Program-made: the position numbers and the translations under genes
The notes under the pieces: generated by a model
What the model was told of the DNA's origin: nothing
The model's input: the letters and a program-made list of their open reading frames with translations, nothing else
The model's database searches: none
NCBI GenBank assembly: GCA_030583725.1
Contig: CP129472.1
Span: 64,286-128,285 of the forward strand
Direction of reading: 5' to 3'
Source of the DNA: a bacterium
Lineage (GTDB): Bacteria > Patescibacteriota > Microgenomatia > UBA8517
DNA length: 64,000 nt
Part shown: piece after piece, positions 9,251 to 17,729 of the stretch
Numbering within the stretch: position 1 is the first letter of the stretch
Layout: each line of letters begins with the position of its first letter

Positions 9251-11063
9251 TCCCCATTGATTTTTTACGTTTAGCTTCTGCTTCATCAAGAATTATTTTT
9301 CTAATCCTGATTGTTTTTGGTGTTACTTCAACTAACTCTGTGTCATCAATGTATTCTAGTGCGTCGTCTAAAAGCATTTCTTTTGGAGTATTGAAATGTT
9401 CTGCAGATCCATCACCTTTTGATCTCATATTGGAAAGTGCTTTTTCCTTGCAAACATTAACTTGCATATCTCCAGCTCTGCTACTTTGCCCAACAACTTG
9501 CCCTTTATATACTTTAACTGCAGGTCCAATAAATAATTGCCCTTGGTCTTGAACATTAACTAAGCCATAAAGCCTTGTTTCTCCTGTTTCATGGGCTACC
9601 ATTGATCCTCTATCTCTTTTTCTAGTAAAACCATCATCTGGTAGGTAATCAAAAAATGCGGTATTCATAACACCCATACCTTTTGTGTCAGTAATAAGTT
9701 CCCCTCTAAAACCTATTAACTCTTTTGTAGAGACAGTAAACTCAAGGGATACTATTCCCTCTTCATTTTTGTACATATCATCCATTTTTCCATGCCTTAC
9801 ACCCATATGTTGTATTACAACGCCTGAATATTCCTCTGGTACGTCTATATACACCTTCTCATATGGGGTTAAAACCTTTCCGTCAATGGTTTTATTAATA
9901 ACATATGGCCTTGATACTGCAAACTCATATCCTTCTCTCCTCATTCTTTCAATAAGAATGGCTAAATGTAGTTCTCCTCTACCACAAACTGTCCAAGTAC
10001 CGTCCACGTTGTCATATACTTGTAAAGCCACATCAGTGTCTAATTCTTTATAAAGTCTTTCCCTTATTTGGCTTGATGTTTTAAAGTCACCTTCTTTACC
10101 ACCAAATGGCGAATCGTTAACCATAAAGACCATTTTGACCGTTGGCTCTTCAATCGAGATAACTGGAAGCGCTATTGGGTTATTGATATCAGCAATTGTT
10201 TCTCCAATTGTTGCGTCTAAAATTCCAGTAACTGCTACAATGTCACCGGCAATTGCTTCTGTTTCCTCTTGTTTGGCCAAACCTTTGAACGTGGTAATTG
10301 ACGTAATCTTTGCCTTTTTTTGTATACCTTCTCTGTTTATATGAATAACGTCAGAATTGCTAGATAGTTTTCCATTTTTAATTCTTCCTATCGCAATTCT
10401 ACCTTTGTAGTTATCTTTACCGATATTACTGACAAGCATTTGGAGTGGTTTTTCAGGGTCTGCATCAGGTGCAGGTATATATTTTAGAATCTCTTCAAAT
10501 ATTGGAGTAATATCTTTCATCTTGGAAAGATCGGGTTCAAAACCTGCAAGGCCATCTCTACCACTTGAGTATATTGTTGGGAAGAATGCTGTTGTCTCGT
10601 CTGCACCAAGTTCAACAAACAAGTCAAAAGTTTTGCCTTGTACCCATTCAGATCTTGCTCCTTGTTTATCTATTTTATTTACAACTACAATAATTTTTAA
10701 ACCCATTTTAAGTGCGTGTTTTAACACAAACCTTGTCTGTGGCATAGGCCCTTCTTTAGCATCAACTAAAAGTAGGGCTCCATCAGCCATGGAAAGAACT
10801 CGTTCTACTTCCCCACCAAAATCAGCATGACCTGGAGTATCTATAATATTTATTTTTGTATCCTTGTACATTACTGAAGCGTTTTTACTAAAAATTGTAA
10901 TTCCTCTTTCGCGTTCAAGATCATTACTGTCCATTATTGCTTCTTGATCAGCAACTTCTTTTTTAAGTTCTGTGTGTGACTGACGCAAAAGTGCATCCAC
11001 AAGTGTGGTTTTTCCATGGTCAACGTGGGCAATAATAGCAATGTTTCGTATATCCATATGCAA
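9243..11063 (-). CDS. typA: Translational GTPase TypA/BipA
   Basis: 606 aa. 'NIAIIAHVDHGKTTLVDALL', 'DTPGHADFGGEVER', EF-G-like domain order. Confidence 0.9.
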   Translation of the reverse strand: MHMDIRNIAIIAHVDHGKTTLVDALLRQSHTELKKEVADQEAIMDSNDLERERGITIFSKNASVMYKDTKINIIDTPGHADFGGEVERVLSMADGALLLVDAKEGPMPQTRFVLKHALKMGLKIIVVVNKIDKQGARSEWVQGKTFDLFVELGADETTAFFPTIYSSGRDGLAGFEPDLSKMKDITPIFEEILKYIPAPDADPEKPLQMLVSNIGKDNYKGRIAIGRIKNGKLSSNSDVIHINREGIQKKAKITSITTFKGLAKQEETEAIAGDIVAVTGILDATIGETIADINNPIALPVISIEEPTVKMVFMVNDSPFGGKEGDFKTSSQIRERLYKELDTDVALQVYDNVDGTWTVCGRGELHLAILIERMRREGYEFAVSRPYVINKTIDGKVLTPYEKVYIDVPEEYSGVVIQHMGVRHGKMDDMYKNEEGIVSLEFTVSTKELIGFRGELITDTKGMGVMNTAFFDYLPDDGFTRKRDRGSMVAHETGETRLYGLVNVQDQGQLFIGPAVKVYKGQVVGQSSRAGDMQVNVCKEKALSNMRSKGDGSAEHFNTPKEMLLDDALEYIDDTELVEVTPKTIRIRKIILDEAEAKRKKSMGIK

Positions 11064-11174
11064 GGGAAAGTCAATTATATCCTATAGCGAGCTTAAAACA
11101 AAGTGTTAATTACACAATGAGGACAATCACTTCTTTACCTAAAAAAAGTATAGCAGATTTTTAAAAAAAATGGT

Positions 11175-11507
11175 CTATTGCTCTACCATACTTGCTTTAG
11201 TAATTAAGAGATTATATTCTTCAAGATACCCCACAGGCTCAAACACCCATCCCTCACTTGGAATTTGTTCTGATTCTAGTTTTTGACAGAAGACCACCGA
11301 GAATTTGTGCATCAAGCTTTCATCGTTTAAGTCTAATCGTGATATTGGATATAGGTTAAAATAATATCCAGGTTTAACACCTATTTTTTCTGCTTCGGAA
11401 GTTTTTCTAAGATCGTAGGATTTTATGGAAACCCTACTTCCATCTTCACGAGATATTGTAGCAGATGTTATTTCTAAAAGTTTGACTATTAGTTTTTCCT
11501 TTTGCAT
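11175..11507 (-). CDS. Hypothetical protein
   Basis: 110 aa ORF, no recognised motif. Confidence 0.4.
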   Translation of the reverse strand: MQKEKLIVKLLEITSATISREDGSRVSIKSYDLRKTSEAEKIGVKPGYYFNLYPISRLDLNDESLMHKFSVVFCQKLESEQIPSEGWVFEPVGYLEEYNLLITKASMVEQ

Positions 11508-11584
11508 TAATAAAAAATATTCTAACTACTTGATAGGATAGTAACACTAATTAGTAGTAAAATATAGGTTATTAATCTCTCTGT

Positions 11585-12170
11585 GTGCCTGTTTATAATT
11601 TAGCGCGAACCTATTTTACAACAAATTTCTAATTTGTGCTGAGCAACAAGGGAGGGGTTAAAGGGGAAGGAATTGTTGCGAAGCTCGGGTTTCCTCGCTC
11701 AGCCACTTCGTGGCTTCGCTAACACAACCTGCAAAGCTCGAAGCTTTGCGCTCACCCCACTTTGTGGGGTTCGCTAACCCAATTTAAAGGAAAAGGGGAT
11801 TATTTATAGTTCCACTTCGTGGAACGGTACTGTTACGGTATCCGTAAGGTACTTAATCAATACCGTTGACTAGTCGTATTTTCGACCCTTTTGCCGTTTA
11901 ACGGTCCGTACGGTCGGTTAACGGCCACCGTTGGGGTAAGGCTGAACACAAAAACTAACCCATTTCAGTCGCAATTTGCCCTAAAGGGCAACTTACCCAA
12001 GTGCTAAAAGACAAAAACTGGTGCTTATGCACAGCACTTGGTTAGGAAGCTACAAGCACACACACATTGCTCCTGAAATATTCCCTTTACGGGGAATCCT
12101 GCCCAACACAAAGACACTCCAAAGCTACAGGGGTGTTGGCTTCCGCCATGTGCAGGGCAGGAAGAACAAA
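11585..12170 (-). ncRNA. Structured RNA-like element, copy A: a ~380-nt hairpin-rich module (about 12170->11809) contiguous with a 200-nt inverted-repeat arm (11784->11585). Unclassified large ncRNA candidate.
   Basis: Three diverged copies in the window share an ordered set of hairpins with compensatory changes: a closing helix CUCCUG/CAGGAG; CCUGCCC/GGGCAGG; H1 UGGC-GGAA-GCCA (A) vs AUGGC-GUAA-GCCAU (B) vs UUGGCC-AAA-GGCCAA (C); H2 AUUCCC-loop-GGGAAU; a CCAAGUGCU...AGCACUUGG helix enclosing GUGC-AUAA/GUAA-GCAC; H4 UUGCCC-UUUA-GGGCAA vs UUGCC-UGUUAAG-G(U/C)AA. G-U wobbles are only valid on this strand. Confidence 0.5.
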
Positions 12171-12216
12171 CAAGTGGTGGTTTTGTAAATCCTCTAGTAA
12201 TATAATTCAGTTTAGT

Positions 12217-13362
12217 ATGAACAAAAATGACCAGTGGGACAAACTTCATAAACATTATAAAAATCAAGATTGGATTGAAAAGCCAAATATCTTTGCAGAA
12301 GAAGTATTAGAGTATTTACCAAATAATGGAAAAATACTTTGTTTAGGAGATGGGCAAGGACAAGACGGAAGATTTTTTGCAATTAAGGGATATGAAGTAA
12401 CCTCAGCAGATATTTCAGAAGAGGCACAAAACATAAACAAAGAAAAAATAAAAGTGCAGGGTTTAAAAAACATTTCAGTTGAAAGATTAGATTTAAGAGA
12501 AAGGTTTCCGTATTATGATGCAAGTTTTGATGTTGTGTATGCACATTTGTCTCTACATTATTTTTCTGAAGAAGTAACAAAAAGTATTTTTAAAGAAATC
12601 AAAAGAGTACTAAAAGGTGGTGGAATACTTGCAGTATTTACAAACTCAGTTAATGACCCTGAGTTTAACACGGGGAAAAGAATAGAACAGGAACTATTTG
12701 AGATAGAAGGTATACAAAAAAGATTTTTCTCAAAGTATTCAATGGATTATTTTGCACAAGATTTTCAGGTAGTTCTTTTGGATGACAACGGAAAGACATA
12801 TAAAGATGAAGCAAAAGGAGTGCACAATTTAATTAGATTTGTTGGTAAAAACTATGCTAGAAGAAATAACCAAATTGCATTACCTTTTGTATCAGCAATT
12901 GTAGAAAGAGAAAATAATGGAGAAAAGGAAGTTTTAATTCAAACAAGATGGAGACCAAATGCAGAATGGAATTATCACAACACTATTGAAATTCCTGCAG
13001 GCGTGTTAGATAAAGGGTATGAGAATGTACTTGATGCAGTTAAAAGAGAAGTTAAGGAAGAAACAGGACTTGATGTCACTGAAATTGTAGGTTTAGAAAA
13101 AACTGATATTCACTCTCCAAAAGATGATGCTTCATATGCTTTTAAACCTTTTGCTTGTTCACAACAACTAAAAGCAGGACTTCCTTGGGTTGGATTTTGT
13201 TTTGTTTGTAAAGTAAAAGAGGGAGAAACTAAACAACAAGAAGATGAGACGAGAAATGTTAGATGGGCTAAAAAATCAGAACTCAAACAAATGATTAAAG
13301 AAACTCCAGGTAAATTCTTTACCTTGCATTTAGGAGTTTTAGAAATGTATTTAAAAGATTAA
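12217..13362 (+). CDS. Class I SAM-dependent methyltransferase fused to a NUDIX hydrolase domain
   Basis: Likely start at the ATG at 12217 (MNKNDQW...); the track ORF 12067 start would run through the RNA element. Motif I 'ILCLGDGQGQDGRFFA'; NUDIX box 'GVLDKGYENVLDAVKREVKEETGLDV'. Confidence 0.7.
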   Translation: MNKNDQWDKLHKHYKNQDWIEKPNIFAEEVLEYLPNNGKILCLGDGQGQDGRFFAIKGYEVTSADISEEAQNINKEKIKVQGLKNISVERLDLRERFPYYDASFDVVYAHLSLHYFSEEVTKSIFKEIKRVLKGGGILAVFTNSVNDPEFNTGKRIEQELFEIEGIQKRFFSKYSMDYFAQDFQVVLLDDNGKTYKDEAKGVHNLIRFVGKNYARRNNQIALPFVSAIVERENNGEKEVLIQTRWRPNAEWNYHNTIEIPAGVLDKGYENVLDAVKREVKEETGLDVTEIVGLEKTDIHSPKDDASYAFKPFACSQQLKAGLPWVGFCFVCKVKEGETKQQEDETRNVRWAKKSELKQMIKETPGKFFTLHLGVLEMYLKD

Positions 13363-13364
13363 CT

Positions 13365-13691
13365 ATGAAAAGAATAAAATTTGCTCCAAATTTAGTACAA
13401 CTAGTTCTTGATGGAACAAAAACTTCAACTTGGAGATTGTGGGATGACAAAGATTTACAAACTGGAGATATCGTTGAATTCGTAAATGCAGAAACGCTTG
13501 AAGTATTTTCAAAGGCAGAACTTACAAAAGTAATAGAAAAGCCCTTTAAGGATTTAACAGACGATGAAAAAGAAGGACATGAGAAATATATTAACACAGA
13601 AGAAATGTCTAAAAAATTTGAGGAATATTATCACAAGCCTGTTGATGAAAATACTTTATTTAAAATAGTTCACTTTAGACTCATTAAATAA
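13365..13691 (+). CDS. ASCH (PUA-like) domain protein
   Basis: 108 aa. 'KFAPNLVQLVLDGTKTSTWRLWD...GDIVEF' resembles the ASCH domain. Confidence 0.5.
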   Translation: MKRIKFAPNLVQLVLDGTKTSTWRLWDDKDLQTGDIVEFVNAETLEVFSKAELTKVIEKPFKDLTDDEKEGHEKYINTEEMSKKFEEYYHKPVDENTLFKIVHFRLIK

Positions 13692-13693
13692 CA

Positions 13694-14269
13694 ATGAAAG
13701 AATTTGTAGGTATCTTGGCAGTTATTTTAACTTTTGTAGGTTATGCGCCATACATTTGGGATACTGTAAAAGGTAAAACAAAACCTCATATTTATAGTTG
13801 GTTCACTTGGGCCTTTGTCACTTTTATTATTTTTGCTCTTCAAATTTTTGGCAAAGGTGGTGCTGGTGCATATACAACTTTAGCAACAGCAATTCTTTGT
13901 TTAATAATATTTTTATTGGGCTTAAAAAATGGCAATAAAGATATAACAAGATTTGATACTGTAACTTTTATAATCTCACTTATAGCAACTGCAGTGTGGA
14001 TTTTTGCCAAGCAACCAATAATTTCAACTTTCTTGATTGTTACAATAAATACTTTAGCAAATTTACCAACTATTAGAAAATCTTGGAATGATCCACATTC
14101 TGAAACTTTATTTACATGGCAAATGGGTGCTGTCCGTAATTTTTTAGGAATAATTGCTCTCCAAAATTATTCAATACTAACATGGTTATATCCTGTTACT
14201 AATTTAATAATAAACATCATTGAAAGTTGTATTTTGATAATTAGGAGGAAACAATTAAAAAACATATGA
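13694..14269 (+). CDS. Integral membrane protein (about 6 TM), hypothetical
   Basis: Multiple hydrophobic segments; 'WNDPHSETLFTWQMG'; start codon 3 nt after the upstream stop. Confidence 0.5.
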   Translation: MKEFVGILAVILTFVGYAPYIWDTVKGKTKPHIYSWFTWAFVTFIIFALQIFGKGGAGAYTTLATAILCLIIFLLGLKNGNKDITRFDTVTFIISLIATAVWIFAKQPIISTFLIVTINTLANLPTIRKSWNDPHSETLFTWQMGAVRNFLGIIALQNYSILTWLYPVTNLIINIIESCILIIRRKQLKNI

Positions 14270-14772
14270 TGTATGTTAAATACTACGAAAAAGAAATCCC
14301 AGACAAAGGGATGGGTGTTTTTGCTTCTGAATTTATACCAAAAGGAACATTAATTTGGAAACTTACTGAAACTAAAAAGTTTACAAAAGAAGAATGGGAA
14401 AAGTTACCCCATGAAATTAGAAAAGATGCATATCCAGACAGTGATGGTAATTTTGTGGCTGCAGTTGGTAAAGGAGAATCATGGAATCATAGTTGTGACA
14501 CTAACACTTGGTGGACAGCAGATGATGAACTATCAGCAAGAAGAGATATACAAAAAGATGAAGAGCTAACATATGATTATGCAACTTCAGACATTGATGA
14601 AACTAAAGGGACAGATGTTGCTTACGATTGGGAATGTAAATGTGGTTCAAAAAACTGTAGAAAGATTCTTCATTGGAATGACATTTTAGAACCAGAAATC
14701 TACAACACTTACAAAGGTCATTTACCTAGTTGGGTGGAGAAATTTGTAAAGGAACATAATAAAAATATATGA
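14266..14772 (+). CDS. SET-domain protein (putative protein lysine methyltransferase) with a post-SET Cys cluster
   Basis: 'GMGVFASEFIPKGTLIW', 'NHSCDTN', 'EELTYDY', post-SET 'ECKCGSKNCRK'. Confidence 0.7.
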   Translation: MMYVKYYEKEIPDKGMGVFASEFIPKGTLIWKLTETKKFTKEEWEKLPHEIRKDAYPDSDGNFVAAVGKGESWNHSCDTNTWWTADDELSARRDIQKDEELTYDYATSDIDETKGTDVAYDWECKCGSKNCRKILHWNDILEPEIYNTYKGHLPSWVEKFVKEHNKNI

Positions 14773-15761
14773 ACAACCTAGACGTATTGATTAAAAGAAC
14801 AAATTTAAATATTTCATTTGATGAATTTTTGAAAGATATTGAAGGTAAATTTACATCAATAGGAAAAATTGGAAATTATTCTCCGATCAATGAAGGATAT
14901 GAAGATGCAAATATTATTTTAAATACTTCAACTGGTAAATATGTTTTAAAAATATTTTTAGCTGAAAGAGAATTAGGAAACATAAACAGCTATGTAAAAA
15001 TACTAACTGAATGTAAAAAAGTTGGAGTACCAACTACAGAAATACTATTAGATTTTAATAATGGACTTGGTGTATTTGAAAATGAAGGTATAAAAACATA
15101 CTACATAATTACAAAGTTTTTTGAAGGTAATAACTTTCAGAATACTACTCCAACAATTGAAGATATAAGAAAAGTTACCGAGTGTGTAGCAAAATTAAAC
15201 ACTTTAAATTTCGAAGTTGGAGAGGGTTATGATTCTTGGGGAATTAAAGCATTTCCTGAAGAGTATAAAAATAAAAAAGAAAAATTAACTCCTGAACAAG
15301 ACTCATTAATCAAAGATATTTATGAAGAATATCTGAAGTTAGACATGACTAGTTTTAGTAAGTCAGTTATCCATGGAGACATGCAAAGAAAACATGTTAT
15401 CAAAAATAGTAACAACGAATATTGTATTTTAGATTTTGGTTGTATGGCGTATGACTACAAAGTTATTGAGTTAGCAACCTATCTTGCTTGGTTTTGCATA
15501 CAAAAAGATACTTGGAAAGATAAAGATTTAATCTATAAAGAGGTATTAGATATCTACAATTCAATACACCATCTATCAGAGCAAGAGATATTATCACTTC
15601 CTCTTTTAATTAAAGTTTCTTGTTCTGCATATTATGTGACAACTTCTGTGATGATAAATGAAGGTGATACTAGTGAAGAAACACTAGATTGGCACAATAG
15701 ATCAAAGAAGCTGTTGGAATTATCTAAAATATCGATATCAAACTTATCTACTTTGGGGTGA
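14769..15761 (+). CDS. Protein kinase-like phosphotransferase (APH / homoserine kinase II fold)
   Basis: 'VIHGDMQRKHVIKN' (H-x-D...N catalytic loop) and 'ILDFGCMAY' (DFG-like). Confidence 0.6.
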   Translation: MNNLDVLIKRTNLNISFDEFLKDIEGKFTSIGKIGNYSPINEGYEDANIILNTSTGKYVLKIFLAERELGNINSYVKILTECKKVGVPTTEILLDFNNGLGVFENEGIKTYYIITKFFEGNNFQNTTPTIEDIRKVTECVAKLNTLNFEVGEGYDSWGIKAFPEEYKNKKEKLTPEQDSLIKDIYEEYLKLDMTSFSKSVIHGDMQRKHVIKNSNNEYCILDFGCMAYDYKVIELATYLAWFCIQKDTWKDKDLIYKEVLDIYNSIHHLSEQEILSLPLLIKVSCSAYYVTTSVMINEGDTSEETLDWHNRSKKLLELSKISISNLSTLG

Positions 15762-16721
15762 ATGAATAAAAGATATATTTTTGAAGTTAATATTAAAGTT
15801 GAGCAAAGTAACTTCTGTATTGAGGATTCAACTATTAACGATTGGAGATTTTTTTGGACGAACGATAACGTTTGTGCCATCATATCTGCGACTAAATTAT
15901 TTAGCGGAAATGGACAAATGACTGATGGATTTGAATATTTAAATACGCCAGATAAATTAGGTTTGTTGATTGATTGTATAAGTTTTATTACAGACCTACC
16001 GGTTTCCTGTAAAGTAGACTTCCGACTTTTTCGTGTAGATGATAATAACAAAATTAACATTTTAGACTTGACAACACCATTTACTAAGCTATTGCAACAA
16101 GCCAGAAGTAATAAATTATTACAACATGGTAGTAGCGTCGACGAGTGGCCTATTAGGGTTAGTCCTGGAATTTCGCACAACTTTAGAAGCAAAGATATTA
16201 GTTTCATTCGACATCTATTTGTGCTAATTTCAAAAATACGAATAAAAAACACTTCAATTAAACTGTTAAATTATTGGAGAAAAGGATTTGACCTCGACGT
16301 GCTAAATTATTGGGATGAGAGCTTCTTGGTATTTTTTAAGATTCTTGAGTATTTCGACAAAAGATATCAACCTAATAATAATTTGTATATTGATAATAAA
16401 ATAATGAAAGCAAAATCAGAGATTTCCAAAAAAGCTTTAAGGATAGCTGGTGGCGCAGAATCTACTAAGCCAAGTAAGTATCTAATAAAACTGATTTCTG
16501 ATTTCATCGAAATAAGAAATAATTCAGACATTGCACACATGCGTATAAAACCGCTACCTAAAGATAGGAATGGTGCCTTTTATTTTACATCCTATTTAAA
16601 TATTTGGGACACACATGATGATATCAAAGAATTAGCAAGGCTCTTTGTTTATAAACAACTTGGTATTAAAGGTTTACAATTAAGGAATGATGGTGGTTTG
16701 TTTAAGTTAACAACGATTTAA
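15762..16721 (+). CDS. Hypothetical protein (319 aa)
   Basis: ORF in the same operon (start 1 nt after the upstream stop); no recognised motif. Confidence 0.45.
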   Translation: MNKRYIFEVNIKVEQSNFCIEDSTINDWRFFWTNDNVCAIISATKLFSGNGQMTDGFEYLNTPDKLGLLIDCISFITDLPVSCKVDFRLFRVDDNNKINILDLTTPFTKLLQQARSNKLLQHGSSVDEWPIRVSPGISHNFRSKDISFIRHLFVLISKIRIKNTSIKLLNYWRKGFDLDVLNYWDESFLVFFKILEYFDKRYQPNNNLYIDNKIMKAKSEISKKALRIAGGAESTKPSKYLIKLISDFIEIRNNSDIAHMRIKPLPKDRNGAFYFTSYLNIWDTHDDIKELARLFVYKQLGIKGLQLRNDGGLFKLTTI

Positions 16722-16723
16722 TT

Positions 16724-17362
16724 ATGAAAACACTTAATGTCTTCACAAATGAAAAAGGAGAATTTGGAAATCCTGTAGGAATAATTGTTGATTCCGAAAA
16801 CAAGATAGATGATAAAAAACGTCAGCAAATGGCAATTAATAGTGGTTTTAGTGAAATTGTGTTCATAAACAATCTTGAAACAAAAGATGTAAGTATCTTT
16901 TCTCCAACAAGACAAATTCCATTTGCTGGCCATGCTTTAGTTGGAACAAGTTACTTTTTTAACAATGTTTTAAATTTACCTACAATTGAAATTATAAGCA
17001 TGGGTAAGGTTATTAAATCATGGCAAGAAAACAAATTAACTTTTGTAGAAGCTGATCTTTCAATTTTACCTAATTGGAATATAAAAGAATATAAAACTCC
17101 AGAGGAAATAGAACAAATTACAATCCAAGAAGCTTCAATTTTAGAACACACTCTAGTTTGGTGTTGGATAGATAAAGAGAAAGGATTGGTTAGGGCTAGA
17201 ACATTTGCTTCTGACTGGGATATCCCAGAGGATGAAGCAAATGGATCAGGAGCAATGAAACTTGCAAGTTTAATTAATAGAAATCTAATCATTCATCATG
17301 GAAAAGGATCAGTTATTCATTCAACTCCAAGTTCAGTTGGTGGGTTAGTAAAACTAACCTAG
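16724..17362 (+). CDS. PhzF/YddE-family isomerase-like protein (short, 212 aa)
   Basis: 'EFGNPVGIIVD...NSGFSEIVFI...SPTRQIPFAGHALVGTSYF' matches the PhzF family N-terminal half. The 3' end abuts/overlaps the inverted-repeat arm. Confidence 0.55.
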   Translation: MKTLNVFTNEKGEFGNPVGIIVDSENKIDDKKRQQMAINSGFSEIVFINNLETKDVSIFSPTRQIPFAGHALVGTSYFFNNVLNLPTIEIISMGKVIKSWQENKLTFVEADLSILPNWNIKEYKTPEEIEQITIQEASILEHTLVWCWIDKEKGLVRARTFASDWDIPEDEANGSGAMKLASLINRNLIIHHGKGSVIHSTPSSVGGLVKLT

Positions 17363-17384
17363 TTTTGTAATAACAACAAAACAC

Positions 17385-17584
17385 AATTGGGTTAGCGAAC
17401 CCCACAAAGTGGGGTGAGCGCAAAGCTTCGAGCTTTGCAGGTTGTGTTAGCGAAGCCACGAAGTGGCTGAGCGAGGAAACCCGAGCTTCGCAACAATTCC
17501 TTCCCCTTTAACCCCTCCCTTGTTGCTCAGCACAAATTAGAAATTTGTTGTAAAATAGGTTCGCGCTAAATTATAAACAGGCAC
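17385..17584. repeat. 200-bp inverted-repeat arm A' (exact reverse complement of 11585..11784)
   Basis: Read by eye as an exact 200/200 reverse-complement match to the arm adjacent to ncRNA copy A. Internal hairpins GCAACAA..UUGUUGC, GCCAC-UUCG-UGGC, GCAAAGCU-CGA-AGCUUUGC, CCCCAC-UUU-GUGGGG. Confidence 0.85.
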
Positions 17585-17647
17585 CCAACCCCGACCTGTC
17601 GGGGTCGAGCGAAGCGAAGACCACGACATTTGCCCATCCCCTCGGAC
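17582..17647. repeat. ~65-bp inverted repeat IR65a (left arm, upstream of recombinase 1); partner at 19179..19244
   Basis: 'cacccaaccccgacctgtcggggtcgagcgaagcgaagaccacgacatttgcccatcccctcggac' is the reverse complement of 19179..19244; contains the palindrome CCCCGACCTGTCGGGG. Confidence 0.8.
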
Positions 17648-17693
17648 GAAAACAACACAAGACAAAACAAAAAAGTTGATATTATTTGATGCC

Positions 17694-17723
17694 TTGATAT
17701 GGATTATTTACGGGCGTATAAAT
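17694..17723 (+). promoter_or_regulatory. Sigma70-like promoter for recombinase 1: TTGATA - 17 nt - TATAAAT, start codon ~7 nt downstream (leaderless)
   Basis: TTGATA at 17694-17699, 17-nt spacer, TATAAAT at 17717-17723. The same 30-nt sequence 'ttgata(c/t)ggattatttacgggcgtataaat' is conserved upstream of all three recombinase genes. Confidence 0.65.
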
Positions 17724-17729
17724 GATATT

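Noticed and set aside
11585-12170. Group II intron or retron explanation for the structured RNA
   Set aside because: No reverse transcriptase or maturase ORF anywhere nearby. No GUGYG...AY boundaries or recognisable domain V. The elements are not inserted within a gene.
12025-12267. ORFs lying inside the structured RNA elements and repeat arms (12025..12267 minus, 12067..12216 N-terminal extension, 38889..39119, 39194..39430, 41549..41824, 56641..56910, 56738..56956, 56999..57226, 57135..57464). Some encode a shared peptide 'NNPFSLKWVSGRPKRAKRVEAWSA...FPFNPS'.
   Set aside because: The shared peptide is just the translation of the conserved nucleotide blocks in copies B and C. The corresponding frame in copy A hits a TGA stop. 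Nucleotide changes follow RNA-pairing logic (compensatory changes) rather than codon logic. Treated as non-coding.
17676-17729. N-terminal extensions of the recombinase ORFs in the track (MILFDALIWIIYGRINDIV..., MAGRHEVPTK...LILFDILIRIIYGRINDSS...)
   Set aside because: These residues are the translation of the conserved promoter (ttgata...tataaat) and of the inverted repeat. The conserved protein alignment starts at (V/M)xxNIVNNP, so the true starts are placed at 17730, 31345 and 41496.
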